A stretch of DNA of 63,274 bases, filler included, from Collodictyon triciliatum (GCA_043381765.1; 11 parts of 11 records of this genome joined end to end with filler, not necessarily neighbours in it), one strand, 5' to 3'. Positions 52,301 to 63,274 are shown, counted from the whole stretch's first letter. Program-made: numbers and translations. The notes: generated by a model from the letters alone, not told the origin.

Positions 52301-53904
52301 CCCATCGCCAGAATCCTAGCCAAGGATTTGTAGAGCCCGACTTGATTTCCACTTCAAACACCCCTATCACACCCCGCAAACCCAGTAACCTTGTTGATGG
52401 AGCAACAGAAGATGGACAGCGGGTTTCGTTACAAACAGAGAGGAAAGGATACAAATTCTACGCCCCTGTAGTTCTGACGAAAAGCAAGACTAGAAAAGGT
52501 TGTATCTCTCAACAGTTATCTCTTTATGACCAGTATTTCTTTCCTATTTTCTAACTGAATCATTAAAGAGAGTAAAGATGTAAAAAATCAAACAAAAAGA
52601 ATTCTGGTATGTATAATATAGGGATAGTCTAACCTAATACTCTTTAGACCCGCCGGTTTTGAGAGAAAGCTCCGCAGTAAAGATAGGTCCTGTGATTGGG
52701 AGTGGGTCATTTGGGTTTGTTCGAAAATGCACCATAGATAAACAACTGGCTGCTGTGAAGATTGTCCTAAATAATGGTGATGCAGAAAGTGATGAAGCTA
52801 TTTTGCTGCTAAAGATTGAAATCGAAATCCTTACAAAAGTTCCGCCTCATGAACATATTGTCCGTTTTCTTGGCCATGAGGTAAGAAAATATTATGCTTT
52901 AATTTCATATCTTGTTTTTTTTTTTTCCCAATTCTTAAATCCTTCCCCCCTTTTTTTTTTTTATATTTTATTTTCATTCTTGCCCTGGATGTGGTTGTAT
53001 GCTTATCATAATTACTCTTACTCTTGTTGACCACAAAAGAAAATCCAACACCGATATTATTAAAAATGGAACAGATATTTGAAAGAGAAGTGCGGATGTA
53101 TATGGAATATTTGCCATATTCTCTACATGATTTAATCAAGCGACAGAGGAAGAGTGGCGAGCCGTTTACGGATGATTTAATCAAACGATTTGCCATGGCG
53201 GTTGCTGGGGCCATACTGCACATACACAATCTGCCTATTCCTATTGCGCACCGAGATATCAAAGTAATCGATTATTTTATGACATCCCTCTCTCACTTCT
53301 ACAACGGACCTTTTATTGTTTTCAGGCTCCTTCTATTCATTATTGTTATTATATATACTCTTTTTCTTGGAGGCAAATGTGCCCACAATAATCTGGAATA
53401 TGTTCAACACAATATTGGAATATTTCAAAACCATGAATTTAAAGCGTCAAGCTATCTGCACAAACAATCCACCAGCCACGACTCAATTTTCTTTTTGCAC
53501 ACTAGGCCAGTAACGTTCTGGTAGATGTGAATGACAAGAAAGAAATTGTGTCCATAAAGCTATGCGATTTTGGGGTCTCGAAGTTCTGTCCAGAATCCAC
53601 CCTCGAAAGGGCGACCAGCATCGTAGGAACACCAGGCTTTATCGCACCAGAGATTCGAAGTGGGGCTGCTCGCAACATGCACAACATCAAGGCTGATTCC
53701 TATTCATTCGGAGTATACTTGGTGGAAATTATCCAGTTGGAGCCGGACATGGTGAAGCGCGATGACGGCTGGCTGCAATACGCCATAGAGAATATCCCGG
53801 ATGAGTACGAATCGTACAGAGACTTGATTGAAGACTGCATTCAAATGAATCCTTCTATGCGCCCTTCCTTTGAATCTATATATGAGACACTGAAAGCATT
53901 CTAA
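49317..53904 (+). CDS. Ser/Thr (TKL-like) protein kinase with a very long disordered N-terminus
   Basis: IGSGSFGFV, AAVK, EIEIL, MYMEY, HRDIK|ASNVL, KLCDFG, VGTPGFIAPE, ADSYSFG, RPSF. Preceded by an 805-aa S/P/Q-rich exon. The true start may lie beyond the contig edge. Confidence 0.9.
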
Positions 53905-54179
53905 GAGGAAAAAGAGGATAGTCCCATCACATTCGCAATTGCAACCAACTTTGATTGTTTTTCTCACTTTTACCTCTACTTTCCCCCCTCTTTTATTCTC
54001 TTTTTTATCATGTACTGAGTCACCTTTTATTTTTCTTCAAGTTGTTGGCTTTATTATCATCAATTCCATTTATCGTCAAGAGTCTTATGGACGTGCATTA
54101 GCATCGACCATCAGAAATGAGAACGAATGGAATGCATGTTCCCTTTTGTTGTCCTCCTTCTCCACGAGGGTAGACTCGC

Positions 54180-55469
54180 TTAATAATCGTCTTGCTCATC
54201 ATGCCAATTGCTGACACTAATGTTGGTGTTTTGATAAACAACCCAAAAAAAAAAAGAAGAAAAGCAACCGCAAGATTAATTGTTGTTTTGATTAATGTGT
54301 GTTTTAGTCCATCGGATGGTCGATTTGTGTCGCACGAGAAAAGTGACGATACTGATAAAAAGTTGATAAGATTATGTTTGCGAATAAAGACTTACGGGCG
54401 CGAACCCATCATCCCTTTCACAGAGCCTCCCCAAACTCTGGGGTCGTCATCGTAATGCTCATCACCAAGTCCGCCGACCTCCTCATCTTCGACAGCGTCT
54501 AGCCACTCCGCATTATAAGCCTTTTAAATAGAGCGCGTTAGTAAAATTGCTCAACGCGATTTATACAGCCAGCTAAAGGTAGTCAAGGGACAGGCAAAAT
54601 AACCTGGAATTTTCTGGCTCTTATCCTGTGGGCCCATTCCTCGTCGATGTCCTGGGTAATTGTTTTATTTTTATCAGATATTAAAAAGAAAAGTATATTC
54701 GTATCCAGATATTAGCGTGTCAAAGTACACTGAATAGATATTGTTGCTGAAAATGTATATGAGAAAATAGTTGCAAAAGACCATGATAGTATCGCAAAGT
54801 AGGTCTGCCATCACTCTGATTTCAGAGTTTTTGTCAAAGAGAAGGTCAATCAAGAACGGGACCAAATCTGATTGATATTATATGAATAGTTTTTCTAAAT
54901 GCTAGATGGAATATAGAATGTTAATATGCAAAAAGCAAAATCATTCAAATCCTACGGGTTTGGTTCAGCATTACAGTTGCCGCCTCTCTATTCCCAATGA
55001 GGCGATAAAATGTATATACTGCTTGTAATACAATTTCGTCATCATCTTGCTTTTCTGTATGTTTGGATGAAATAAATCCAAATTGAAGTGAAATAAAACA
55101 AATAATTAGCCATAGAGAATGCAAGGATTTGTAATGGAACAGTCAAAATGTTAAAATACAAAGGAAAATGGTCGGTCGGGTACCTGTCATAATCTCATAC
55201 AACGATGAAATAACACGGGATTTTGCAAAAAGGCCGCAGCACTTTGAATCTCCAGCAAATGTACCAACCAACATTATGTTTTCCAAAAGGATATCGTCCT
55301 CAGAAATATTCTATTATTGAAATCTTACGTGAGCAAACCATGTACAAGCAACATGGATAGAAGTTTTATATAACATGACGAATAAATCGAGAAATATTCA
55401 GAGTAAAAAAAAAAAAAGGAAATGGGGAAAAGAAAAAGAAAAAGAGTGACCCACAGGAGACATGAACTT
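54180..55469 (-). CDS. KIFAP3: Kinesin-associated protein (KAP/KIFAP3, kinesin-2 accessory subunit), C-terminal fragment
   Basis: EDDILLENIMLVGT, KQDDDEIVLQAVYTFY, LVPFLIDLLFDKNSEIRVMADLLCDTIMDIDEEWAHRIRARKFQAYNAEWLDAVE, matching the conserved KAP C-terminus. Confidence 0.9.
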
Positions 55470-55680
55470 NNNNNNNNNNNNNNNNNNNNNNNNNNNNNNN
55501 NNNNNNNNNNNNNTTAATTAATTAANNNNNNNNNNNNNNNNNNNNNNNNNNNNNNNNNNNNNNNNNNNNTTATTATTATTTTATTATTATTTTATTATTA
55601 TTTTATTATTATTTTATTATTATTTTATTATTATTTTATTATTATTTTATTATTATTTTATTATTATAAAAAGAAACTCA

Positions 55681-58051
55681 CCGATCGATACAACTTCGGT
55701 GTTTGGCAAGATCTTTTGGGAATCCCTTTGGACCGGAGGGTCAGCGAAAGGCGAAGGTGTTGTCGGATAGATAGAACCAACAGAAGGACACGATGTGTTA
55801 TCCGGAGGTGTACTTTGAGTATTTCTGCTAGCCTCAGCTCGGTTCGAAAAAATCTCAAGTGACGGGACATTTCCGTGAGGGACTCCAGGAGATGTAGCTT
55901 TCTCCCAGGGTCTTGAGGTGATGGCGGTATGTGCATCTTCTACAGGACTTCCCACTTCATCATCAAGTAATCCCTCGTCGGTTAATCCGAGTGAATTAAC
56001 AACAGGAGTAAGCGCTTTCATCTTGGGATGCGATTCTTCTTTTATGGGGGTTCGCTCCGCTATGATATTACCAAATAAAAAAATTAAGAAAAAGAATTAC
56101 CCTTATTCTGAATGAACCAAGCACAAAATGTAATTATGAAAAATCATTTGAGAATAAATAAGTCAATTATTTTATTTCGTTTCATTTCATTTTTTTTTGG
56201 ATTCAAAGATTACTCAGCATTTCAAAAATCGTGCTTCAACAAACCTTCACCACTTAAGGCATAAGATGATCCAAAATCCGTTTCAGGTGTAGCTTTTCCA
56301 TTTCTTCCTGAAATTTTACTCCCGGGTGCTCCAGTGGGTATTGGACCAGGATTTTTGGAGCTGATAAACATTTACAAAATTAAGGATGGATGAATAATAG
56401 TATTCTGACTATGCATTTGCTTAAAAAAATCTACATTATACTTGTTTTCATGTGTCTTATATATAAATAATTACATCATGGCTGATGAGTTTTATTCGGT
56501 TAATGTTGATAATTCGATGTAACCATCTTCAAACGGGTAAAATAAAAAAAGGATGAAAATGAATAGTTGTGTTTTCTTTTTCTTACGATAAATTCTGATA
56601 AGCCGACGTCGGAGCTTTTTCCACTTAATGACCCATTTTATTGTTTTGAACAAGAGAAAAGAATTATATTGTTTAAGAACAGAAGAGTCAATATAGCCAT
56701 ATTTTGTTTCAAAATGTAAAGAAATGAGTCATTTTGGAGTCATGATATGAATAAAAGAATATGTTGTAATATTATTTTAAGAAAATGGTAGTAAATTACA
56801 ATGCCAAGATAAAAGCTCAGTAGGAACTGTTGATGTTGAGTCCAATTGATCAATATTATGGGAAATCATATGGTTATGATGGGCATTAGGTCTGTCAACG
56901 TCCCCACTAGGCCCGGACTCATTCGATTCCAATGACTTCAATATTATACTTTGGGCAAGTCCTAGGCGCCTAGCTTGGAACTTAGGGAGTAGATATGGGC
57001 TCTTCATCACAGTATTTTCATTTAAGGCGAGAAATTGTGATAATGAGATATTGTGTTCAAGTAAAATATTTGCGTAGTAGTCATGCCTATTTTTCCTGAG
57101 TATTTGTACAACTTCTGTGTTCGACATTGTGTCTTGTCGAATTGGGGAGTGGAAAGACTCAGGAAGACCAGATTCAATAGCAAAATGTCCTTTGAAGAAA
57201 ATTAGAACATCTTGGGCACTCGGTCTTTCATCTGAATTGTTAGACCACATTCTCCCTAAGTAGGATGCAATTTCCGTGGGAATAGATGCTGGAATACTAG
57301 GGCGAGTGCCCTTCATGATGTTATTGCGACATGTCGTCAAGCTGCCATCAGTAAATGGTTGTGTGGTTGTGAAGAGACTCCATATAAGAAGTGCAAAGGA
57401 ATAGACATCAGAGCACACTCCGGGATTGGAAAAATTCCCCTCCATGAACATATGGACCTCGGGTGATGCGTATCGCATGGCAACCATTTCACTTTCAGGA
57501 TCCTTCTTCAAGGATCGCTGCGATAAAGGCGCAATTCCAAAATCACAGATCTTGCACTCGCCGTTTGGTGTTAGAATGATGTTATGTGGATGCAACCTGC
57601 CGTGGTACATGTTTGGTCTCGATTTGCTTATGGCAAGGATTCCCTGTGCTATGGAATGAATGAATATTTTGGGTGTGAAATTCTCATACAACATGACTCC
57701 TCCTGTCGTGCACGTTTGCATGGCAGAGGCCATGCTTCTTCCACTTTCCATGGTACTGATATATAGTAATCCGCGTGAAGTCAGAGACCAACCGATGCAT
57801 GCGACAATACTGGGGTGTTGAAGTTGTTGTGATGCTCGCATCCACTCCTGTAGTTGTACACAGAACCCTGTATCGTTTTCAAATATGCTCCGTGGGATAG
57901 ATTTGACGATGCAGAGCAGGCTAGGCCCCATACGAGCCATGTAAGCACAATATAGGCTTCCATGCCCAAAGATTCTGTACATAGAGTTTGAGGTCTTTAT
58001 GAACTCTATTTGGCTGTCAACTACGTTGCTGGCCGCAATCACCCCATCCAT
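55681..58051 (-). CDS. TKL-like pseudokinase followed by a SAM-like domain, 3' truncated
   Basis: Kinase fold with CIVK, LQHPSIV, YHGRLHPHNI (no catalytic Asp), KICDFG, RYASPE, SDVYSF, ERPS. Then MSNTEVVQILRKNRHDYYANILLEHNISLSQFLAL (SAM-like) and further low-complexity exons. Confidence 0.8.
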
Positions 58052-58243
58052 CCTGGTTCTGCAGGCGTCGCTGTTCTCAATATGATTTATTTAATGTATG
58101 GGTCATGTGTTTAGGCTTTCTTTNNNNNNNNNNNNNNNNNNNNNNNNNNNNNNNNNNNNNNNNNNNNNNNNNNNNNNNNNNNNNNNNNNNNNNNNNNNNN
58201 NNNNNNNNNNNNNNNNNNNNNNNNNNNNNNNNCTTATCTCATT

Positions 58244-58273
58244 CCCGCTGCGAAGTACGGGTACTCTTGCTAG
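58244..58273 (+). mobile_element. Helitron-type 3' terminus (GC-rich hairpin + CTAG followed by T)
   Basis: CCCGcTGCgaaGTACGGG hairpin at 58244-58261, 8-nt spacer, CTAG at 58270-58273, then T. The rest of the element would lie in the adjacent gap. Confidence 0.55.
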
Positions 58274-58467
58274 TCACATATAAAAAAATTTTGTGTTTGC
58301 AACAACGCGCACATTTTGAGAGCCTCGATAGATGCTTAACTTAACATAAATTGATTTTATGCAGTTTTTTTTTAATTAAATTGATTAATTGACTGATTGA
58401 CTAAAGTTTTATTGGAATTGAAAACTAGGTAGTCTTCTAAAGGAAAAAGTAAAACAAAGACTTTCAC

Positions 58468-60339
58468 ATGAAGAAAAGGAACCGTCTTGAGTCTGAGAGT
58501 CTTAAGTCCGTAGAGCCAGACTACAGAAATGTGAAAGCATCTCTAAAGCCTATTTTAAAGAATGCGGATGACTATGACGAAATCAACGATACAGTTTTAT
58601 TGTGTCATAATTTGGTTACCGACACTTATCTGTTTGCAAGATGTTACATATTGAAATCACAACAACTCCCAACAATCGATCAAAAGTGTTTTTTTGTACG
58701 CTTTAAGGACAGTCGGAATAGTCTCACAAGATAGACTCGCAAGATTAAAAAAAAAAACCGTAAATGAGTGAAGACATGATGACTTTTTATCTCTATGATT
58801 TTCGATTCCTTTTGTCCCGAAAAGAACGCTTTCCATTGATTGGACTGTCTCATGTATAACCGTACTTGGCGAAGCAAATGTTAACAGCTTATCAATATAA
58901 CATTAAGGAACATTCTGTAAAGAGATTACCGCGCTTTATAAAGTAAACAGTTCCTAAAGATGAGAATATTACGGAAGCTGTTAAAAAGGCAGAGTTACGA
59001 AAGTTAAAAAAAGGCCATTTTCAAGAAACTCGAAATACCGGAACAATATAAAGAATGGGCTATAACGAATTTGCACCATATCATAACCAGCGATATTGTA
59101 AATGGTATCGAATATGACGTCAAAGTCAATCCAAATAAGTACATTCCATGTTTGATTTACATGAATCTCATTTTTGAGGATATTTGAACAAAACTGTTTC
59201 AGCCAATCTCTATAAAAACAAACGATATACCATTTCATATTACTCTAGATGCTGCATGTTTGATAGATTCGTTAGTATTATCTGGAAAAAATTATTACTG
59301 AAGAACATATCAAGATGCAAAGAGACCCTATGGGATGACTTCTTTGAAATGAAGAAGAGGGTCTTTCATCAAAGGGACTACAATTTTATATACATGATAC
59401 AAACAGACGGTTGGCGGTGTCATTATTATTGTTTGAAAAGAAAGGTATTTCAAATTCAAAATCCCAATTAATCAAAAGACCCAAGAATATGTTTATATTG
59501 ATGAACTTTCCGAAGAGCAGTTATCTTTATTAGCGACAAAAAAAAATAGTTAGATTGGACGCAGGCAAGTATAATTTGGTTTACATGGTGGATGAGACAG
59601 GTAAGAAATTACGTTGCACGGCACACCAAAGAAGACATGATAGAAATCTCTTAAAAATCACAAAATACTCTTTCGCGAGAAAAAGAAAGAAAAGTACAAT
59701 GCTTCAGGGATATGCATGGTAACAGATTTACAAAGTGCTGTTTCTTTTGTTCCCCTGACTTTTGAAGAGAATTATCAGTTTGAGACATTAAGAGTATCTT
59801 TAATCGATTAAGAGACATAACTGAGTAAACATAATTCATGCACCGTCGATTTTGAACAATTTCGAGAATATGTAACTATGAAATCAAGATACCAGATAGA
59901 ATTTTCCAGATTTTATGAACACGTACCTTTTCGAAAGATGAGATGGAAACAGTATGTTAATGCAAAAAGAAGTGAAGCATTGTTTATGGACAGCATCGAA
60001 AAGACATTTGGCAAGGATGTTGTACTGGCGTATGGAGACTGGAGCAGAAAATGTCTGCAGAAACATTTTATGCCAACAATTGGATGAGGATTACAAAAAA
60101 TACTACCCAAACGTTTTGAAACAGTTAGTGTAGGTGAATTTAGAACCTCCAAGGTGTGATGCAACTGCGAAAAAGAACTAGAATATATGACTGAAAGGAA
60201 ATACAAAAAAATTTATAGATGTCTCATGTGTAAAGAACACAATCGCTCAGAAAGCAAACAAACTGTATTCTTGGCAAGGGACTTTAACAGCGCTAATAAT
60301 ATACTCAAGAAAGTTCTTTCAATTCTTCAAAATATGTAG
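58468..60339 (+). pseudogene. Fanzor (eukaryotic TnpB-family RNA-guided RuvC endonuclease), decayed copy of about 620 codons
   Basis: Reading across frameshifts gives YLAKQMLTAYQYNIKEH, YDVKVNP...YMN, KLFQPI...IPFHITLD, MIQTDG, RuvC-I IVRLDAGKYNLVYMVD (D 59558-60), FRKMRWKQY, VVLAYGDWS, RuvC-II VGEFRTSKV (E 60136-38), Zn ribbon *CNC...CLMCKEH and RuvC-III RDFNSANNI (D 60280-82). At least 7 in-frame stops and several frameshifts. Confidence 0.88.
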
Positions 60340-60530
60340 GCTGTTGGGTCTTTCCAGGCAGCCTTCACCACTACACGACCTTTGTGAAAAAAGTGGTGAG
60401 ACGTTGGATACTAGCGCACCAGGTTTACCAATCTTTCGGTGATACACTCCTAGTTACACTAATAAACGAGAGAGGTGTACCGATAGGATGCATTATGGTA
60501 TGTTTGCTTTCGTGGCTGGGCGGTGTACAA
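60338..60530 (+). ncRNA. Candidate Fanzor omegaRNA scaffold
   Basis: Three consecutive stems begin at the ORF stop: 60338-60364, 60365-60399 and a long nested stem at about 60409-60527. Position matches TnpB/Fanzor guide RNAs. No expression evidence. Confidence 0.55.
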
Positions 60531-61086
60531 TTCTTTGATTTTTGCGTTCGCTCGCTACACAAGACAGACTGAGTTGCCGTTGCTTTACAGTCCAAGAGCA
60601 GAGCTATGTTCCTGCTGTAGTGTGTCTCCCACCTTTGGCATCAAATGAGGACGAGGAGGAGGAATAGGAGCAAGAGTTTATACTCCACTTGTTGAAATCA
60701 AATGGGATTGTCCTTGCAAACATACAAGAGACTGCTTTTCAAAAACATTCTTCTCCGTTCGATTATTTTCTTTCAAAAGAGACAAAGACAGACAGAAAAG
60801 GGGGAAAAGAGATGGATGGAGATAGAATTAAGTGAGTGGAAGTGAATAGAATCTGCAGAAGGGGTATCATTAAGCGATTAAAGATAGTGGGGTCGAGAAG
60901 ACGTGTAAATCAGAGGGTGTGATTTTGCGGATAACCTCGAATCATTAAACCCTCCAGAAATCGCCATCAATCAGCAGTTTTTCTCTTCATTTTCTTTTTC
61001 TTTTTTGATTTTTTTCAATCATGATTAATATCACTGTGATTATTATTTCGATTTTTTTTGTTTGATTTTGTTTCCTTCGACTGGAA

Positions 61087-61640
61087 TCATGAGAAGCTTA
61101 AGAGTTCCTCGTGGTGCTCGAGGTTGTCTTGGTCTACCCGCGCACCTCTTTGCCGATTTGTTCTGCGGCTCCTAAGCGCATCGACCCAGTCATGTGCCTG
61201 GTGCAGAAGCGCCTCTGATTGCTCACACAGATGATCAAACGTCCCGTTTGTGCCCAAGCAGTAAATGGCATATCCGCCAGCCATGCCTCCAACAGACATC
61301 AGTTTTGCAGGCCACGAGGCCAGCCATATCGCGCAGAAGGACAGGATGATGGGTGGGATGCTTAGCATCTGTTTGCGGATGTGTTATTGAATGGCCCAGT
61401 GATGTGATGCTTGGTCTCTTAGCAGGAATGAAAAAAGAAAAGGGAGCAAGCACGAGAGATAGAGAAAAATCGAGATGTGGACCCAGATAGTTTTATGAAA
61501 CTCACCGCTCCACCAACGAGGCCGCCGGGAACCACGTATGGTCTAGGCATATCGGGCTCTGATATCTTCAAGTAGAAATATGCGCTAAATTCAAGGATGA
61601 TTGACCACCCGTAGTAAATCATGTCCAGCTCAACAAGGGC
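61087..61640 (-). CDS. APC-superfamily amino acid/polyamine transporter, C-terminal fragment
   Basis: LEFSAYFYLKISEPDMPRPYVVPGGLVG followed by MLSIPPIILSFCAIWLASW, typical of the LAT/polyamine transporter C-terminus. Confidence 0.8.
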
Positions 61641-61734
61641 CTATGCGCAGGTATATCCGGCGTGAGTTTGCTCGTAATAAGTAATCAGTCCTTCAGGAAT
61701 CAATAGACATAGAGGCGATGGAAATGAAGGACAG

Positions 61735-61738
<4 letters not shown>

Positions 61739-61811
<73 letters not shown>
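61739..61811. repeat. (GA)n microsatellite at contig end
   Basis: Read directly. Confidence 0.95.
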
Positions 61812-62101
61812 NNNNNNNNNNNNNNNNNNNNNNNNNNNNNNNNNNNNNNNNNNNNTTAATTAATTAANNNNNNNNNNNNNNNNNNNNNNNNNNNNNNNNN
61901 NNNNNNNNNNNAAAAATAAACACAAAAATAAACACAAAAATAAACACAAAAATAAACACAAAAATAAACACAAAAATAAACACAAAAAAACACAAAAAAA
62001 AACGAGAATGAAAGAGAATGAAAGAGAATGAAAGAGAATGAAAGAGAATGAAAGAGAATGAAAGAGAATGAAAGAAAAGAAACAAAGGAAATTAAGACAA
62101 C

Positions 62102-63003
62102 CTTTTGTCTCTCGATGGATTCAGTATGAGATACAATCGGGGTTGCAGCGCTCGACGATAGTGGGTTGCTGTCGGCGCTACCGAGAGATACAAGGCCGCG
62201 GGATTGTGGAGAGATAGCAGGAACAATAGTAAGGCGTAGAACGCGCTGCTTTGTCGACTTTGCATAGCCGACAGCATCTTTCAAATCACTGTCAGACCCA
62301 ATCAAGACGTTGTCCCCATCCTAGCAGAGAATGGTGTGATGACCACCAATCAAGGAATTATTGCGAGGTTGAAATAAACTTGCAAACAAGTGGTTTGAAA
62401 AAAACAGCGATGAGAATTATCATGACTTATGCCAGGTACAGACAAAGTTGGCAAAAATTGACGCTTTGTATATGAGAAGGAAATATCATATTTTATCAAA
62501 AGACAAATTAAATAAATAAAATTAAAAAAAAGATTCATAATAATATGAGACATGTGAATACTTCATCCACATAACGAATTGCTATGTTTTGTATTTCATC
62601 CTGAACGCGCAGAGACACTTGATTTAGTAAAGTTGTATATACAGCGGCACACGATACACGATGGACATTTCCAAAGAAATCCTTGAACTTGAATGAAAAC
62701 GACTCGGACTCATGGGATGTCGACCTGACATTGACATATAGTTAGGAGACTATGTAACATACATATATTTACCGAGAATTTTGCTGCACATGTTTCAAAG
62801 AAACAAAGACGACAACTATTCCACATGAACCTGGATTCTTCAGCGTGGATGTCACTTGACCCAGAAAAGACATCCTCTTCATGAGGAATCTTTCCATACG
62901 GGTCTTCCAACTTTTCGTGGTCTTCAGGAACAACCATGCTGGATAGAAAGCGCTCCCAAACAGGAGATGTTTCGACGGCAGCCTTTTCTTCCTCCTCTTC
63001 ACT
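62102..63003 (-). CDS. PB1-domain protein, internal fragment (CBS-PB1/Mug70-like)
   Basis: PVWERFLSSM, FSFKFKDFFGNVHRV and IRYVDE|DGDNVLIGSDSDLKDAV (OPCA motif). The CBS domains themselves are not visible in the window. Confidence 0.78.
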
Positions 63004-63274
63004 CTATTGCAAGACCAACGGTATTCATCAGCAGGATTGCAATTGCCATAACCACTTTTATCATAAATGTACACAATCGACAAAATATGCGCGTTCATTT
63101 TGGTGATTAAAGGAAATAAATAATAAATAATAAGTAATAAGTAATAAGTAATAAGTAATAAATAATAAATAAAACAAAATAAATAAAACAAAATAAATAA
63201 AACAAAATAAATAATAAATAATAAATAATAAATAATAAATAAAACAAAATAAATAAAACAAAATAAATAAAACA

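Noticed and set aside
54180-58051. Pseudokinase-KAP fusion on the minus strand
   Set aside because: The two parts are separated by an artificial contig spacer (55470-55569) and belong to unrelated contigs.
58857-60159. Stop-codon reassignment as an explanation for the in-frame stops in the Fanzor
   Set aside because: Host genes here end normally in TAA, TAG and TGA. The stops fall at positions expecting different amino acids and co-occur with frameshifts, so decay is simpler.

Overview
This is intron-rich, AT-rich eukaryotic DNA. The gene content (Frizzled/Smoothened-like GPCR, TKL kinases, Rab20/24, kinesin-2 KAP) fits a protist such as an amoebozoan, but I cannot identify the species. The window is not one locus. 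It is a concatenation of about 11 contigs, most of them 6.22-6.25 kb, joined by N44-TTAATTAATTAA-N44 spacers, so adjacency across spacers has no biological meaning and many genes are cut at contig edges. Manual splicing recovers two Rab GTPases, an ADP-ribosylglycohydrolase, a RecQ-like protein with all catalytic motifs degenerate, Sec8/EXOC4, an LRR multi-pass receptor, a makorin, dephospho-CoA kinase, a Frizzled-like GPCR, a membrane class I PDE, a TKL kinase, KAP/KIFAP3, a pseudokinase-SAM protein, an APC transporter and a CBS-PB1-type protein. The most notable element is an intronless, decayed Fanzor (eukaryotic TnpB-family RNA-guided nuclease) at 58468-60339. It is followed directly by a multi-hairpin candidate omegaRNA at about 60338-60530, and a Helitron-type 3' terminus lies about 200 bp upstream. 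All gene models were read by eye, so exon boundaries are approximate.
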